This document shows positions 19,624-29,338 of a stretch of DNA of 64,000 nucleotides, one piece after another. The stretch comes from an uncultured Bacilli bacterium. GTDB taxonomy: Bacteria; Bacillota_I; Bacilli_A; RFN20; CAG-288. Position 1 is the first letter of the stretch, and every line of letters begins with the position of its first letter. A model generated the notes under the pieces. The model was not told where the DNA came from. It made no database searches and was given only the letters and a program-made list of their open reading frames with translations. The stretch covers positions 22,924-86,923 of the forward strand of contig CALVKB010000001.1 of the NCBI GenBank assembly GCA_944332485.1, given 5' to 3'. A program made the position numbers and the translations under genes.

Positions 19624-20111
19624 TCGATTATAAAATTGGATTCAGCACTGATATTCACCGTTTTAAAAATGAAGGTGATTATATTTTGCTAGGTGGTGTG
19701 AAAATTAAAACCGATAATCTTTCAATTGTCGCTCATTCCGATGGTGATTGTTTACTCCACGCTTTAGCAGAGAGTATTCTATCAAGTCTTGGAATGGAAG
19801 ATCTTGGCACTTACTTTGATGATCGTGATGATAAATATCTTAACTACGATTCAAAGAAGATTCTAAAATTCAGCTTGGATGAACTTCATAAAAGAAATTG
19901 GAAAATAAGAAATGTCTGTATCAATATAACACTGCAACAACCTCGTTTGTCAGAGTATAAAAAGCTTATCAAAGAAAACTTATGCCAACTTCTTAACTTG
20001 AGTAGTGAAGATATTTCCGTCCATGCTGGAACAAATGAAAAATTGGATGATATTGGCAAAGGATTAGCCATAAAAGTGGATTCCACAATCTTAATTTACA
20101 AGGAGGTTTGA
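19620..20111 (+). CDS. ispF: 2-C-methyl-D-erythritol 2,4-cyclodiphosphate synthase
   Basis: IGFSTDIHRF...LGGV...AHSDGDCLLHAL...GDIG-like motifs. ATG at 19620 overlaps the ychF stop (ATGA). The track ORF starts earlier, at 19590. Confidence 0.88.
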   Translation: MIDYKIGFSTDIHRFKNEGDYILLGGVKIKTDNLSIVAHSDGDCLLHALAESILSSLGMEDLGTYFDDRDDKYLNYDSKKILKFSLDELHKRNWKIRNVCINITLQQPRLSEYKKLIKENLCQLLNLSSEDISVHAGTNEKLDDIGKGLAIKVDSTILIYKEV

Positions 20112-20112
20112 G

Positions 20113-21747
20113 ATGCAAGTAAACGATAAAATCAAAAGTAAGATAGTTGAAATTTTAAAATCAATTGATGAAAGTTTCGATGAATCAACTGTTTTATTAA
20201 CTTCGAATAAGGATAATTCTCACGGTGATCTTTCCACAAATGTCGCTTTGAGAAACGCTAAAAAATTCAATATGCAACCTTTACAATTAGCAAATTTGAT
20301 AAAGGACAAATTCTTTTGTGAAGAAGTTACCAATGTTGAAGTTGCTGGTGTTGGATTTATCAATTTTTATTTAAAATCTGATACTTTAGGTTCAATTATC
20401 GACGAAATCATCAAAGCTGATGAAAATTACGGTCAAAGTCTCAAAAATAAAGATAACAAGGTCAATTTGGAGTACGTAAGTGCCAATCCGACAGGTTACC
20501 TCCATTTAGGTCATGCTAGAGGAGCTGCTTTGGGTGATGCTATGAGCCGTATTTTGAAGAAAGCTGGTTATGAAGTACTTCGCGAATACTATATAAATGA
20601 TGCCGGAAATCAAGTAAATATGCTTGGTAAATCATTGATGGTCAGATATCAACAAGCTTTAAATTTGAAAAATAGAATGCCATCGAAAGGCTATCACGGT
20701 GAGGAAATTAAGCTAGTTGCAAAATCACTTGTTGAACAATACGGTGATAAATATGCTAAAAAGACAAAACAAAATTTGAAGTTTTTCATCGACAACGGAA
20801 TTAAATTTCTCTTGAATCAGATTCTTGTTGATCTTAAACAATTCAGAGTTGAATTTGATAATTTTGTCTCAGAACAATGGATAAGAAATTCCAACAGAAT
20901 TGAATTATGTCTTGAAAGATTGAAACCTTACATATATATTCAAGATGGTGCTACTTTCTTAAATACCACCAAAGATAAGGATGATAAAGATAGAGTAATC
21001 GTAAAATCCAATGGTTCTTACTCCTATTTCATGCCTGATATCGCATATCATGATTACAAATTTGAAAGAGGATTTGATAAGATTATTACTTTGCTTGGCG
21101 CTGATCATCATGGTTATATCACCAGATTAAAATCTGCTATGACTTCCCTAGGTCATGATGCAACAAAACTCAACATTCCTTTGATTCAAATGGTGAGATT
21201 GTTCAAAAATGGCAAAGAATTCAAAATGAGTAAAAGAACTGGAAACGCCATATCGATGAAAGAACTTATCAATATGGTTGGAATTGATGCTGCTAGATAT
21301 TTCTTTGTATCACGTTCGGCTTCGCAACATCTTGATTTCGATTTGGATTTAGCAATGACTATCGGAAATACAAATCCTGTTTATTATGCTCAATACACTC
21401 ATGCTAGACTTTGTTCAATATTAAACAAAGCCAAAGACAAAAATATTTCAGAGTACGATACAAAAGCAGACTTACTGAATAGTGAATCAGAAAAGTCATT
21501 GATAAAAAGTTTATATGATTTTCCAAAAGTGGTTCAAGATGCTGCAAAAACATTAGAACCATATAAAATTTGCAATTATATTCAGGAAGTTTGTACACTT
21601 GTCAACGTTTTCTATCAGAAAAACAAAGTCGTTGATGAGGAAAATTTAACACTTTCAAAACAACGTTTAGCCTTAGTTTCTGCCACAGAAATTGTTTTGA
21701 AAAATGCATTCAATTTGATAGCGATTGATGCACCAGAAAAAATGTAA
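20113..21747 (+). CDS. argS: Arginine--tRNA ligase
   Basis: HIGH-type SANPTGYLHLGHARG; KMSKS-type FKMSKRTG. Confidence 0.95.
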   Translation: MQVNDKIKSKIVEILKSIDESFDESTVLLTSNKDNSHGDLSTNVALRNAKKFNMQPLQLANLIKDKFFCEEVTNVEVAGVGFINFYLKSDTLGSIIDEIIKADENYGQSLKNKDNKVNLEYVSANPTGYLHLGHARGAALGDAMSRILKKAGYEVLREYYINDAGNQVNMLGKSLMVRYQQALNLKNRMPSKGYHGEEIKLVAKSLVEQYGDKYAKKTKQNLKFFIDNGIKFLLNQILVDLKQFRVEFDNFVSEQWIRNSNRIELCLERLKPYIYIQDGATFLNTTKDKDDKDRVIVKSNGSYSYFMPDIAYHDYKFERGFDKIITLLGADHHGYITRLKSAMTSLGHDATKLNIPLIQMVRLFKNGKEFKMSKRTGNAISMKELINMVGIDAARYFFVSRSASQHLDFDLDLAMTIGNTNPVYYAQYTHARLCSILNKAKDKNISEYDTKADLLNSESEKSLIKSLYDFPKVVQDAAKTLEPYKICNYIQEVCTLVNVFYQKNKVVDEENLTLSKQRLALVSATEIVLKNAFNLIAIDAPEKM

Positions 21748-21804
21748 ATAGATAAAAGTATATATAATTATTTTGATATAATATTAGATGTTTGGAGGCA
21801 ATAT

Positions 21805-22206
21805 ATGAATAATCAAATTTCAATGATTGATGCTGCTTATTCTATCGTTAAAGAATCTAAAAAGCCAATCACTCTTGACGCTTTACTTAAAAGTGTGCAA
21901 AAAAAATTGGAACTTACAGATGAGGAGTTGATTCAGCGTCGTTCTAAATTCTACACAAATTTATCATTAGATTCACGCTTTGTCAATTTAGGTCATCATG
22001 GATGGGATTTATCCATTCGTCATGACTTTGCAACTGTTCATGAGGAAGTCAAAGACCTTGATGCTGAAGGCGAGACAAACATTCTCGATTTGGTTGATGA
22101 GGAAGAATTGGATGAAAGCGAACAAGATGAAGAAAATGAAAATTCAAATGATAGCTTAACAGAACAAGATGATGATTTATTCATTCCAAGTGAAGAAGGA
22201 GAGTAA
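21805..22206 (+). CDS. rpoE: DNA-directed RNA polymerase subunit delta
   Basis: N-terminal HARE-HTH-like domain ([21 protein letters not shown]) and a long acidic D/E-rich C-terminal tail, as in B. subtilis RpoE. Confidence 0.85.
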   Translation: MNNQISMIDAAYSIVKESKKPITLDALLKSVQKKLELTDEELIQRRSKFYTNLSLDSRFVNLGHHGWDLSIRHDFATVHEEVKDLDAEGETNILDLVDEEELDESEQDEENENSNDSLTEQDDDLFIPSEEGE

Positions 22207-22208
22207 TT

Positions 22209-23075
22209 ATGGCCTTAGAAAATATGACAAAAATGCTCAACAAAGCATTTAAAGAACATTATGCTGTTGGTCAATTTAACATCAACAACGTTGAATGGAC
22301 AAAAGCAATCTTAGAACAATGTCAAGAGACAGAAACACCTGTTATATTAGGTTGTACCGAAGGTGCTGCTAAATACATGGGCGGATGGAATACTGTTGTC
22401 GGCTTAGTCAAAGGTTTGATCAAAGATTTGAATATCACAATTCCTGTCGCATTACATGTCGATCACGGTAGCTCATTTGAAGTTTGTAAAGCTGCAATCG
22501 ATGCAGGTTTCACTTCAGTTATGATCGATGCTAGCCACTTCCCATTGGAAGAAAATATAAGAATTGTCAAAGAGGTTGTTGACTATGCTCATCCAAAGGG
22601 TGTCTCAGTTGAAGCTGAGCTTGGAAGAGTTGCAGGTCAAGAAGATGGTGCTGTCGCAGCTGAATCAATGTACGCAGTTCCAGAAGAGTGCATCGATTTA
22701 GTTACAAAAACAAAAGTCGATTTCTTAGCTCCTGCTTTAGGTTCAGTTCATGGTCCATACCATGGTCAACCAAAACTCGGTTTTAAAGAGATGGAAGAAA
22801 TTGCAAATCTTGTCAAAATTCCATTAGTTTTACATGGTGGTTCCGGCATTCCTGATGATCAAATTCAAAGAGCTATCAGCTGTGGAACAAGCAAGATCAA
22901 TATCAACACCGATTGCCAAATTGCATGGACAAAGATCGTTCGTGAAACATTGAACAAAGATAGTGAAGTTTATGATCCACGTAAAGTCATCGGTCCAGGT
23001 ACAAAAGGTATCAAACAAGTTGTTTTAAATAGAATCACAGTCTTTGGTTCTAAAGGAAAAGCAGCAACTAAGTAA
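22209..23075 (+). CDS. fba: Fructose-bisphosphate aldolase, class II
   Basis: [15 protein letters not shown]; 288 aa. Confidence 0.93.
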   Translation: MALENMTKMLNKAFKEHYAVGQFNINNVEWTKAILEQCQETETPVILGCTEGAAKYMGGWNTVVGLVKGLIKDLNITIPVALHVDHGSSFEVCKAAIDAGFTSVMIDASHFPLEENIRIVKEVVDYAHPKGVSVEAELGRVAGQEDGAVAAESMYAVPEECIDLVTKTKVDFLAPALGSVHGPYHGQPKLGFKEMEEIANLVKIPLVLHGGSGIPDDQIQRAISCGTSKININTDCQIAWTKIVRETLNKDSEVYDPRKVIGPGTKGIKQVVLNRITVFGSKGKAATK

Positions 23076-23104
23076 AATTTGAAATGTATATATAAAAAAG
23101 GAGC

Positions 23105-23130
23105 CTAGGGCTCCTTTATTTAAAATGGAG
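23105..23130 (+). terminator. Rho-independent terminator after fba
   Basis: aaggagcc tag ggctcctt followed by tattt. Confidence 0.6.
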
Positions 23131-23137
23131 GAAATTT

Positions 23138-24103
23138 ATGATTGATATTACAAAAGTTTTCAACAAAGTGAAACAATATGAAAGTATCATCGTCACCGGA
23201 CACGTCATTCCTGATGGTGATTGCTATGGAAGTGTGATGGGTTTAGCAACAACTTTAAAAGAGCATTTTCCAAATAAAGAGATAATTCCTGTCATCTCTG
23301 ATTTCAAAATTAAATTTGACAACAATCTTGTTCAAAGTGTTAAACCAGGTGTACTTAGTGATGAAAAAATAAAACAAAGTCTAGTATTTGTTTTGGATTT
23401 AGCAAACACCAACCGTTTGGATGAAAAAAGAGCAGTTGATGGAGCATGTATTATAAAAATTGACCACCATACATTTGAAAGAGTTTATGGTGAAATTGAT
23501 TATGTGGATTCATCAAGTTCATCCTGCTGTCAAATTATCGCTGAGATGCTTATTAAAAAGTTCAAAAAATTATCAGTCGAAGCAGCAACTTATCTTATGT
23601 TAGGTATGATAACTGATACTGGAAGATTTTTATATTCACGTGATGCACAGTGCTTCAATACAGCTGGTGAACTTGTAAAATTCGGAGCTAAACTTAACGA
23701 TATCTACAACAGACTTTATACACAAGATTTGGAAAGTTTCCGTTTCAAGAGCTTTGTATATTCCAATTTTAAAGCAGAAAACAAAGTTGCTTATATTGTT
23801 TTTAGAAAAGAAGATATACATAAATTGGGTGTTGATTTCAATTACGCCGCTGCTAATGTAAATTTGATTGCCCAAATTGAAAATTACCCAATTTGGATAA
23901 GCTTTGCTGAAAGTGATGAAGGAACTGTCCGTGTTGAAATTCGTTCAACTCGTGATTACAACATCAATCCTCTTGCTGTTATGTTCAACGGTGGTGGCCA
24001 TCATCAAGCAAGTGGCTGCAGACTTGACAATATCGAAAATTACATAAAAGTTGTGAAAGAAGCACAAAACTGTGAGAGGTTTTTAGAACATGAAACTGAA
24101 TGA
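23138..24103 (+). CDS. nrnA: DHH-DHHA1 phosphoesterase, NrnA-type (nanoRNase / pAp phosphatase)
   Basis: DHH motifs TGHVIPDGDCYGS, KIDHHT; DHHA1 GGGHHQASG. Confidence 0.85.
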   Translation: MIDITKVFNKVKQYESIIVTGHVIPDGDCYGSVMGLATTLKEHFPNKEIIPVISDFKIKFDNNLVQSVKPGVLSDEKIKQSLVFVLDLANTNRLDEKRAVDGACIIKIDHHTFERVYGEIDYVDSSSSSCCQIIAEMLIKKFKKLSVEAATYLMLGMITDTGRFLYSRDAQCFNTAGELVKFGAKLNDIYNRLYTQDLESFRFKSFVYSNFKAENKVAYIVFRKEDIHKLGVDFNYAAANVNLIAQIENYPIWISFAESDEGTVRVEIRSTRDYNINPLAVMFNGGGHHQASGCRLDNIENYIKVVKEAQNCERFLEHETE

Positions 24104-24935
24104 TTTTATAAACCTTCATAAAAATGAAAAATACTTTGATATTTTCGAAAATCTTCTTAATATCGGCTTAGAAGCCAAAAATATCGTTTTGAATTATTAC
24201 AAAAACGGATTTGATGTTTCAATCAAACAGGATGATTCTCCTGTTACACAAGCTGATTTAGCAAGCAACAAATACATAACAACTAAACTTAAAACTCTCT
24301 ATGAAGATTTTGCAATATTATCCGAGGAGGATATCGATTCCAAAACCCGCTTGACAAACGACAATTTATTCATCGTTGATCCGATAGATGGTACAAGTGA
24401 TTTTATCAATCATGATGATGAATTTGCCATAAATCTTGCTTATGCTTATAAAAGAAAAGTCGAAGTTGGTGTCATAGTTGTTCCTGCTATAAATAAATTG
24501 TACTTCTCTTACTGTGATAATTTCTCATACGAATATGATCAAACAAATGACGAAGTAACTCAAATTAAGGTTTCAAATAAAACAACTAATTTGATAATGC
24601 TCCGTTCAAGAATGCACGCTGTAAAGTCAAAATTGGTCGATTATTTGGAAAAAGATATTTCAAAAACCATACCTTGTGGTTCTTCCTACAAAGGATGCTT
24701 AATAAGCAAAGGTGAGGCTGATTTTTACTTCACAACAAGCCCAAACACTAAAGAGTGGGATGTTGCTCCAATAGATATTATCGTCAGAAATGCCGGTGGT
24801 TTGTTCTTGGATGGTGAAACTTTGAAACCATTTATCTACAATAGGGAAAATCCATACAATTTGAAAGGCTTTTTCTGTTTAAACAGCACTGATCTTCTCA
24901 ATAAAATAAGACAATTCAAAGAGTTGAATAAATAA
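24090..24935 (+). CDS. Inositol monophosphatase / CysQ-family 3'(2'),5'-bisphosphate nucleotidase
   Basis: LSEED...FIVDPIDGTSDF (IMPase metal-binding motif). Overlaps the nrnA 3' end by 14 nt. Confidence 0.8.
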   Translation: MKLNDFINLHKNEKYFDIFENLLNIGLEAKNIVLNYYKNGFDVSIKQDDSPVTQADLASNKYITTKLKTLYEDFAILSEEDIDSKTRLTNDNLFIVDPIDGTSDFINHDDEFAINLAYAYKRKVEVGVIVVPAINKLYFSYCDNFSYEYDQTNDEVTQIKVSNKTTNLIMLRSRMHAVKSKLVDYLEKDISKTIPCGSSYKGCLISKGEADFYFTTSPNTKEWDVAPIDIIVRNAGGLFLDGETLKPFIYNRENPYNLKGFFCLNSTDLLNKIRQFKELNK

Positions 24936-24945
24936 AATTATTTAA

Positions 24946-24988
24946 AAATAAAAGAGGAATAATAAACTATTTATTTTCCTCTTTTTTT
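24946..24988. terminator. Bidirectional terminator between convergent genes
   Basis: aagaggaa ... ttcctctt inverted repeat flanked by A/T runs. Confidence 0.5.
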
Positions 24989-26445
24989 AATGGCTCAACT
25001 TCTTCCAATGGAACGATATTTTGTTCAATCTCTTTACTTTTAATAAGATTTTTCTTCTTCCAAACATCCGATTGCAATCTGAAGTAAAAAATCAAAGCTC
25101 TCAGACATTCATCTATAGTATTAGCGATAAATACTCCTATAACTCCCAATTTACAGACAGTTCCAAAAATATATGTTCCACCAACTGCAATTGCCCAACA
25201 GGAGATAATTGCAGTGATAACAGGTACAAATATATCTCCACTTGATTGAAGTCCTTTAACTAAAACTATATTGCTCGCTCGCCCTTGTTCCAAAAGGATA
25301 TTGAAACTTAATATTATCAAAACGATGTTGATGATGTACATCTGAGTATTAGCAATTGGAATTTCCGGGCTTACTTCTATTGTTGTTTTCAATAAATATG
25401 AAAATAATGGGTATGCTATTGCCAGTATGACAACTGACATGAAAAATGATATAACCGATGCCATCAAGCGAGTATCTTTAATAAGTTTTTTCGCTTCTTC
25501 CTTTTTATTATTTACAATCAAAGCGCCCTCTTGCACTTGCATAGCTTGAGATATAGCAGAGGCAAAAATATATACGAATGTACAAACATTAGATATGTAC
25601 ATCTTGATATTACCTTGAACATCCGGATATAAAAACTGATTGATGATGACCATACTGATGGTTTGTGCAAAATTATATGAGAAGGTTTCACCAGCAGAAG
25701 GAACACCGATCATGATAAGTTTTTTAAAGGTTTGAAATGAGAAGTGTTTGAAAGTTTTAATAATAGATAAACTTACTCCAACATATTTGATATACATTAT
25801 CACAATGACGATCAAACAAACCAACTTTGAAATCGTTGAAGAAAGTGCTACACCGATAATTCCTGTATCTGTTGATGGATCTTTTTTAGCAATCAAGTAA
25901 ATAGCGATAGCATTACCAGCAACATTTAAAACATTCATGATGATTGAAACGTAAGTTGATTGCATCATCTTTTTATTAGCACGCAAGAAGCTTCCGAAAG
26001 TTGAGATCAAGGCTTGAATAACAACCCAGCTTCCAGTAAATTGCATATATAAAACTGCTTTATGACGTATTATTTCTTTTTCTACTTTCAATAAACTTAT
26101 AAATTGCTCTGCGAAAAAAAACAAGAATATTGAAAATGCAGAAGATACTACTAAATTAAAATAAAATGCAATTCTATAAACTTTCTCTGCGTTCTGTTTA
26201 TCATTTTTTCCATTATATTGAGTGATCAAAATTATCGATGCAGTTGTTAAAACTTGGAATGTGACATTGACTAAAACAACAATTGTATTAACCTGTCCAA
26301 TAGCGTTGACTCCATTTTGATCGTAGGAAAGTTGAAATTGGTCGACAAAACCGATGATTATTCCCAAAATTAATTCTAAAAATATCGGTAAAGTTAACTT
26401 TAAAAGCTCTTTGTTGCTTTTGAAGACAGAGAAGATTTTTGTCAT
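24967..26445 (-). CDS. MATE/MOP-superfamily efflux transporter
   Basis: 12 predicted TMs; N-terminus LTLPIFLELILGIIIGFVDQ is typical of MATE. Confidence 0.75.
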   Translation of the reverse strand: MTKIFSVFKSNKELLKLTLPIFLELILGIIIGFVDQFQLSYDQNGVNAIGQVNTIVVLVNVTFQVLTTASIILITQYNGKNDKQNAEKVYRIAFYFNLVVSSAFSIFLFFFAEQFISLLKVEKEIIRHKAVLYMQFTGSWVVIQALISTFGSFLRANKKMMQSTYVSIIMNVLNVAGNAIAIYLIAKKDPSTDTGIIGVALSSTISKLVCLIVIVIMYIKYVGVSLSIIKTFKHFSFQTFKKLIMIGVPSAGETFSYNFAQTISMVIINQFLYPDVQGNIKMYISNVCTFVYIFASAISQAMQVQEGALIVNNKKEEAKKLIKDTRLMASVISFFMSVVILAIAYPLFSYLLKTTIEVSPEIPIANTQMYIINIVLIILSFNILLEQGRASNIVLVKGLQSSGDIFVPVITAIISCWAIAVGGTYIFGTVCKLGVIGVFIANTIDECLRALIFYFRLQSDVWKKKNLIKSKEIEQNIVPLEEVEPLKKEENK

Positions 26446-26448
26446 AAA

Positions 26449-26736
26449 CTAATCCTTAGTTTGATTATCAGTTAAATTGAGACTTTTATTAGTTGAAACA
26501 AGTTCAACACCGGAGATACCTGGAACTTCATCCATCAAAACAACCTCAATACCATCTTTAAAATCGAAAGATGCTAAAGAACAACCATCGCAGGCACCGA
26601 TAGCTTTAATGTAAACAATACCTGTTCTCTCATCGAAATGATCCAATTCAATATCTCCACCATCTCTGTGGAAAAAAGGTCTCATCTTGTCAAGAACTTG
26701 TTCAATTTGATTAATGATGTTGTCAGATTGTTCCAT
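26449..26736 (-). CDS. NifU-like (Nfu) Fe-S cluster scaffold domain protein
   Basis: IRPFFHRDGGDIEL...GACDGC motif. Confidence 0.8.
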   Translation of the reverse strand: MEQSDNIINQIEQVLDKMRPFFHRDGGDIELDHFDERTGIVYIKAIGACDGCSLASFDFKDGIEVVLMDEVPGISGVELVSTNKSLNLTDNQTKD

Positions 26737-26802
26737 AAATTACCTCATCACACAAGTAAAAATTATACAACTAATATTTTAGTATTTACAATAATTTTCA
26801 TA

Positions 26803-26832
26803 CGAAAAAAGCCACCTTTCGGTGACTTGTTT
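26803..26832. terminator. Bidirectional hairpin terminator
   Basis: aagccacc tttc ggtgactt with T-runs on both sides; downstream of minus gene 26852-27322. Confidence 0.5.
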
Positions 26833-26851
26833 TTTATAGATTCTGTTTTGC

Positions 26852-27322
26852 TTATTTTCTGCAAAGTTCCAACTCGATAAATGCAAATAAAGCACCAAGA
26901 ACTGGAATAAATTGTAAGTATGTGTATAACTGCATATCTTTGATGTCAAAAATAAAGTAAACACATGTAAGAACAACCAAACCTGCAAAAGCTGCAACAT
27001 TAATACCGTTGATTAAACGGAATTTGCTGAATATTGTAGCCAATAAACTTGAAACAACTGGGAAGCAAAGAACACCTAATAAGATGTATTCTCTGATGCC
27101 TAAACTTTCAAATATTTCTTTAAATTGCTTAATCGGCTCACTGAGACTCTTTCCTAAAATTAAGTTGATTAAATACAAATTACTATCTTTTTCTTGAGGT
27201 ACCAACAAAGCAACAATAACAAAACCGACAGCACAAAGCAAAGTTATTAAACCAATGTACCAAGGAGATCTACTTGTTTTTGGTTCCTTTAATTCTCTTT
27301 TTGAATGCATTTCCATAATCAT
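26852..27322 (-). CDS. Hypothetical membrane protein (4 TM)
   Basis: Hydrophobic segments; no recognisable motifs. Confidence 0.45.
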   Translation of the reverse strand: MIMEMHSKRELKEPKTSRSPWYIGLITLLCAVGFVIVALLVPQEKDSNLYLINLILGKSLSEPIKQFKEIFESLGIREYILLGVLCFPVVSSLLATIFSKFRLINGINVAAFAGLVVLTCVYFIFDIKDMQLYTYLQFIPVLGALFAFIELELCRK

Positions 27323-27451
27323 ATTCTCCCTTCAGTATTATTGTAGCAAAATTTAAATTGTATTCTTTAATTATTTTAAAAAATTAGTTTTTTTACAACA
27401 ATAAAACAATAAAAAAAGCCTTGATTATTCAAGACTGCCATAAACAAGATA

Positions 27452-27536
27452 TGCCCGGGGCGGGAATCGAACCCGCATGGATGTTTAGTCCGCAGGATTT
27501 TAAGTCCTGTGCGTCTACCAATTTCGCCACCTGGGC
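27452..27536 (-). tRNA. tRNA-Leu (anticodon UAA), no encoded CCA
   Basis: Reverse complement folds as a cloverleaf with a long variable arm, T-arm GCGGGTTCGATTCCCGC and anticodon loop CUUAAAA. Confidence 0.8.
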
Positions 27537-27540
27537 AAAA

Positions 27541-27613
27541 TGACTCGCGGCAGGTTCGAACTGCCGACCCCTTGATTAAAAGTCAAGTGCTCTTCCGACT
27601 GAGCTAGCGAGCC
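27541..27613 (-). tRNA. tRNA-Lys (anticodon UUU)
   Basis: Reverse complement GGCTCGCTAGCTCAGTCGGAAGAGCACTTGACTTTTAATCAAG...GGCAGTTCGAACCTGCCGCGAGTCA; anticodon loop CUUUUAA. Confidence 0.85.
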
Positions 27614-27622
27614 ATGTATAAT

Positions 27623-27697
27623 TGGCTGGGGTACCTGGATTCGAACCAGGGCATAATAGAGTCAAAGTCTACTGCCTTACCGCTTGGCTATACCCCA
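27623..27697 (-). tRNA. tRNA-Gln (anticodon UUG), CCA encoded
   Basis: Reverse complement TGGGGTATAGCCAAGCGGTAAGGCAGTAGACTTTGACTCTAT...CCAGGTACCCCAGCCA. U1-A72 pair as in Bacillus tRNA-Gln. Confidence 0.85.
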
Positions 27698-27703
27698 ATT
27701 GGA

Positions 27704-27787
27704 TGGTGGGCGAGAGTGGATTCGAACCACTGAACCCGAAGGAACAGATTTACAGTCTGCCGCGTTTAGCCTCTTCGCTACTCACCC
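27704..27787 (-). tRNA. tRNA-Tyr (anticodon GUA), CCA encoded
   Basis: Reverse complement GGGTGAGTAGCGAAGAGGCTAAACGCGGCAGACTGTAAATCTGTT + long variable arm + GTTCGAATCCACTCTCGCCCACCA. Confidence 0.85.
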
Positions 27788-27823
27788 AGTTTTATCCAAG
27801 TAATTTAGTCGCGTGTTTTACTA

Positions 27824-27899
27824 TGGTGGATGTTGAGAGGCTCGAACTCCCGACCCCCACCTTGTAAGGGTGATGCTCTCCCAGCTGAGCTAAACATCC
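27824..27899 (-). tRNA. tRNA-Val (anticodon UAC), CCA encoded
   Basis: Reverse complement GGATGTTTAGCTCAGCTGGGAGAGCATCACCCTTACAAGGTGGGGGTCGGGAGTTCGAGCCTCTCAACATCCACCA. Confidence 0.88.
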
Positions 27900-27916
27900 A
27901 AAACAACGCTCTTAAA

Positions 27917-27945
27917 ATGATATAAAAATTTAAGAAACTTGTCAA
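27917..27945 (-). promoter_or_regulatory. Sigma-A-type promoter of the tRNA operon
   Basis: On the minus strand: TTGACA (27945-27940), 17-nt spacer, TATCAT (27922-27917), about 17 nt upstream of the tRNA-Val 5' end. Confidence 0.6.
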
Positions 27946-28022
27946 TAAAATTTTCATTTATTTTTAATGCGTTTTAGCACACATTTTATAGTATGTCAAA
28001 ACGCATTAAAACACACAATTTT

Positions 28023-29315
28023 TTATCTTTTTTCAGGCTTCCCGAGAAGTTTGAACATGTTCTTCTTATATATTTCAACTCCCGGTTGATCAAAAGGATT
28101 AATTTCCAACATGTAAGCACTAAAAGCACAGGCTCTCATGAAAAAGTAGAATAAATTTCCGATTGATTTACTAGATAAATCTTCTATTTCCAAAATATTA
28201 GCAGGAACTCCACCTTCTGTGTGAGCTTTCAAAGTACCCAAATATGCTTGATCATTGACATATGATAAATTTTTGCCAGCTAAATAATTGAGACCATCCA
28301 AATCTTCTTTTTCTTTTAATATAGTTAAATCAAGTTTGACATTCTTAGGTTTGATGATAGTTTCAAATAAAACATGACTGCCTTCTTGAATAAATTGTCC
28401 CATAGAATGTAAATCTGTTGTAAAAACACAGCTGGTTGGGAAAAGTGCTTTTCCTTGTTTTCCTTCAGATTCACCGAAAAGTTGTTTCAACCATTCATTG
28501 ATCATATTCATATGAGGTTCATATGAGATGAACATCTCACTGGTATACTTCATTTGAGTATGTAATAAAAATCTTGTTAAACCATATTTGTAAGCTGGGT
28601 TCTTCTCTAAATCCAAACAAGAATATTCCTTCTCACCTTCGACAAAACCATCGATGAACTCTTCAATATCGATATTAGCACATGCCATCGGGAATAATCC
28701 GACAGGAGTTAAAACAGAATATCTTCCTCCAACATCATCAGGGATGACATATGTATGGTAGCTTTCAGCATCTGCTTCAGTTTTCAAAGCACCTTTTTGT
28801 TTATCAGTTGTGGCAATTATCAATTCATTAGCTTTTTGTTTACCAACTTGTTTTATCAAAAGATCCTTGCACAATCTAAAAGCGATTGCTGGTTCTGTGG
28901 TTGTACCACTTTTTGAAATGACATTGATAGCGAACTTTTTATCTTTCAAATAGTTCAAAACTTGGGCAGTATATGTACTTGAAAGAGTATTTCCTAAATA
29001 TAGAACTTCAAATTTGTCTTGAGAATACAATCCGTTGATAGCTTCAATAGCAGCACGGGCTCCTAAATAAGAACCACCGATACCGATAACTACAAGAACA
29101 TCAACTTCCTCTCTTATACGTTTAGCTGTTTTTTTAATATCTTCCAGGGTAGTTCTTTCATTTTTTAAATTGGATGCATAATCCAACCAACCTAAAAAAT
29201 CATTACCTAATCCATCTTTATTCTTGATAGTATTCAAAACTTTCTCTGAAAGTTTCTTAACTTTACTTTCATCAATTTTATTAAAAGCTTCACCTACTTG
29301 TTTGTAATTAACCAT
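28023..29315 (-). CDS. pgi: Glucose-6-phosphate isomerase
   Basis: SIS domains IGIGGSYLGARAA; short Firmicutes-type PGI, 430 aa. Confidence 0.93.
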   Translation of the reverse strand: MVNYKQVGEAFNKIDESKVKKLSEKVLNTIKNKDGLGNDFLGWLDYASNLKNERTTLEDIKKTAKRIREEVDVLVVIGIGGSYLGARAAIEAINGLYSQDKFEVLYLGNTLSSTYTAQVLNYLKDKKFAINVISKSGTTTEPAIAFRLCKDLLIKQVGKQKANELIIATTDKQKGALKTEADAESYHTYVIPDDVGGRYSVLTPVGLFPMACANIDIEEFIDGFVEGEKEYSCLDLEKNPAYKYGLTRFLLHTQMKYTSEMFISYEPHMNMINEWLKQLFGESEGKQGKALFPTSCVFTTDLHSMGQFIQEGSHVLFETIIKPKNVKLDLTILKEKEDLDGLNYLAGKNLSYVNDQAYLGTLKAHTEGGVPANILEIEDLSSKSIGNLFYFFMRACAFSAYMLEINPFDQPGVEIYKKNMFKLLGKPEKR

Positions 29316-29338
29316 ATTAGTCTCCTTGTCCGTGTTTA

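Noticed and set aside
20100-20113. T-box leader upstream of argS
   Set aside because: There are only 1-2 nt between the ispF stop and the argS start. No room for a leader.
27622-27867. 81-aa plus-strand ORF
   Set aside because: It lies entirely over the minus-strand tRNA-Gln, Tyr and Val genes. It is a GC-rich tRNA complement read as protein.
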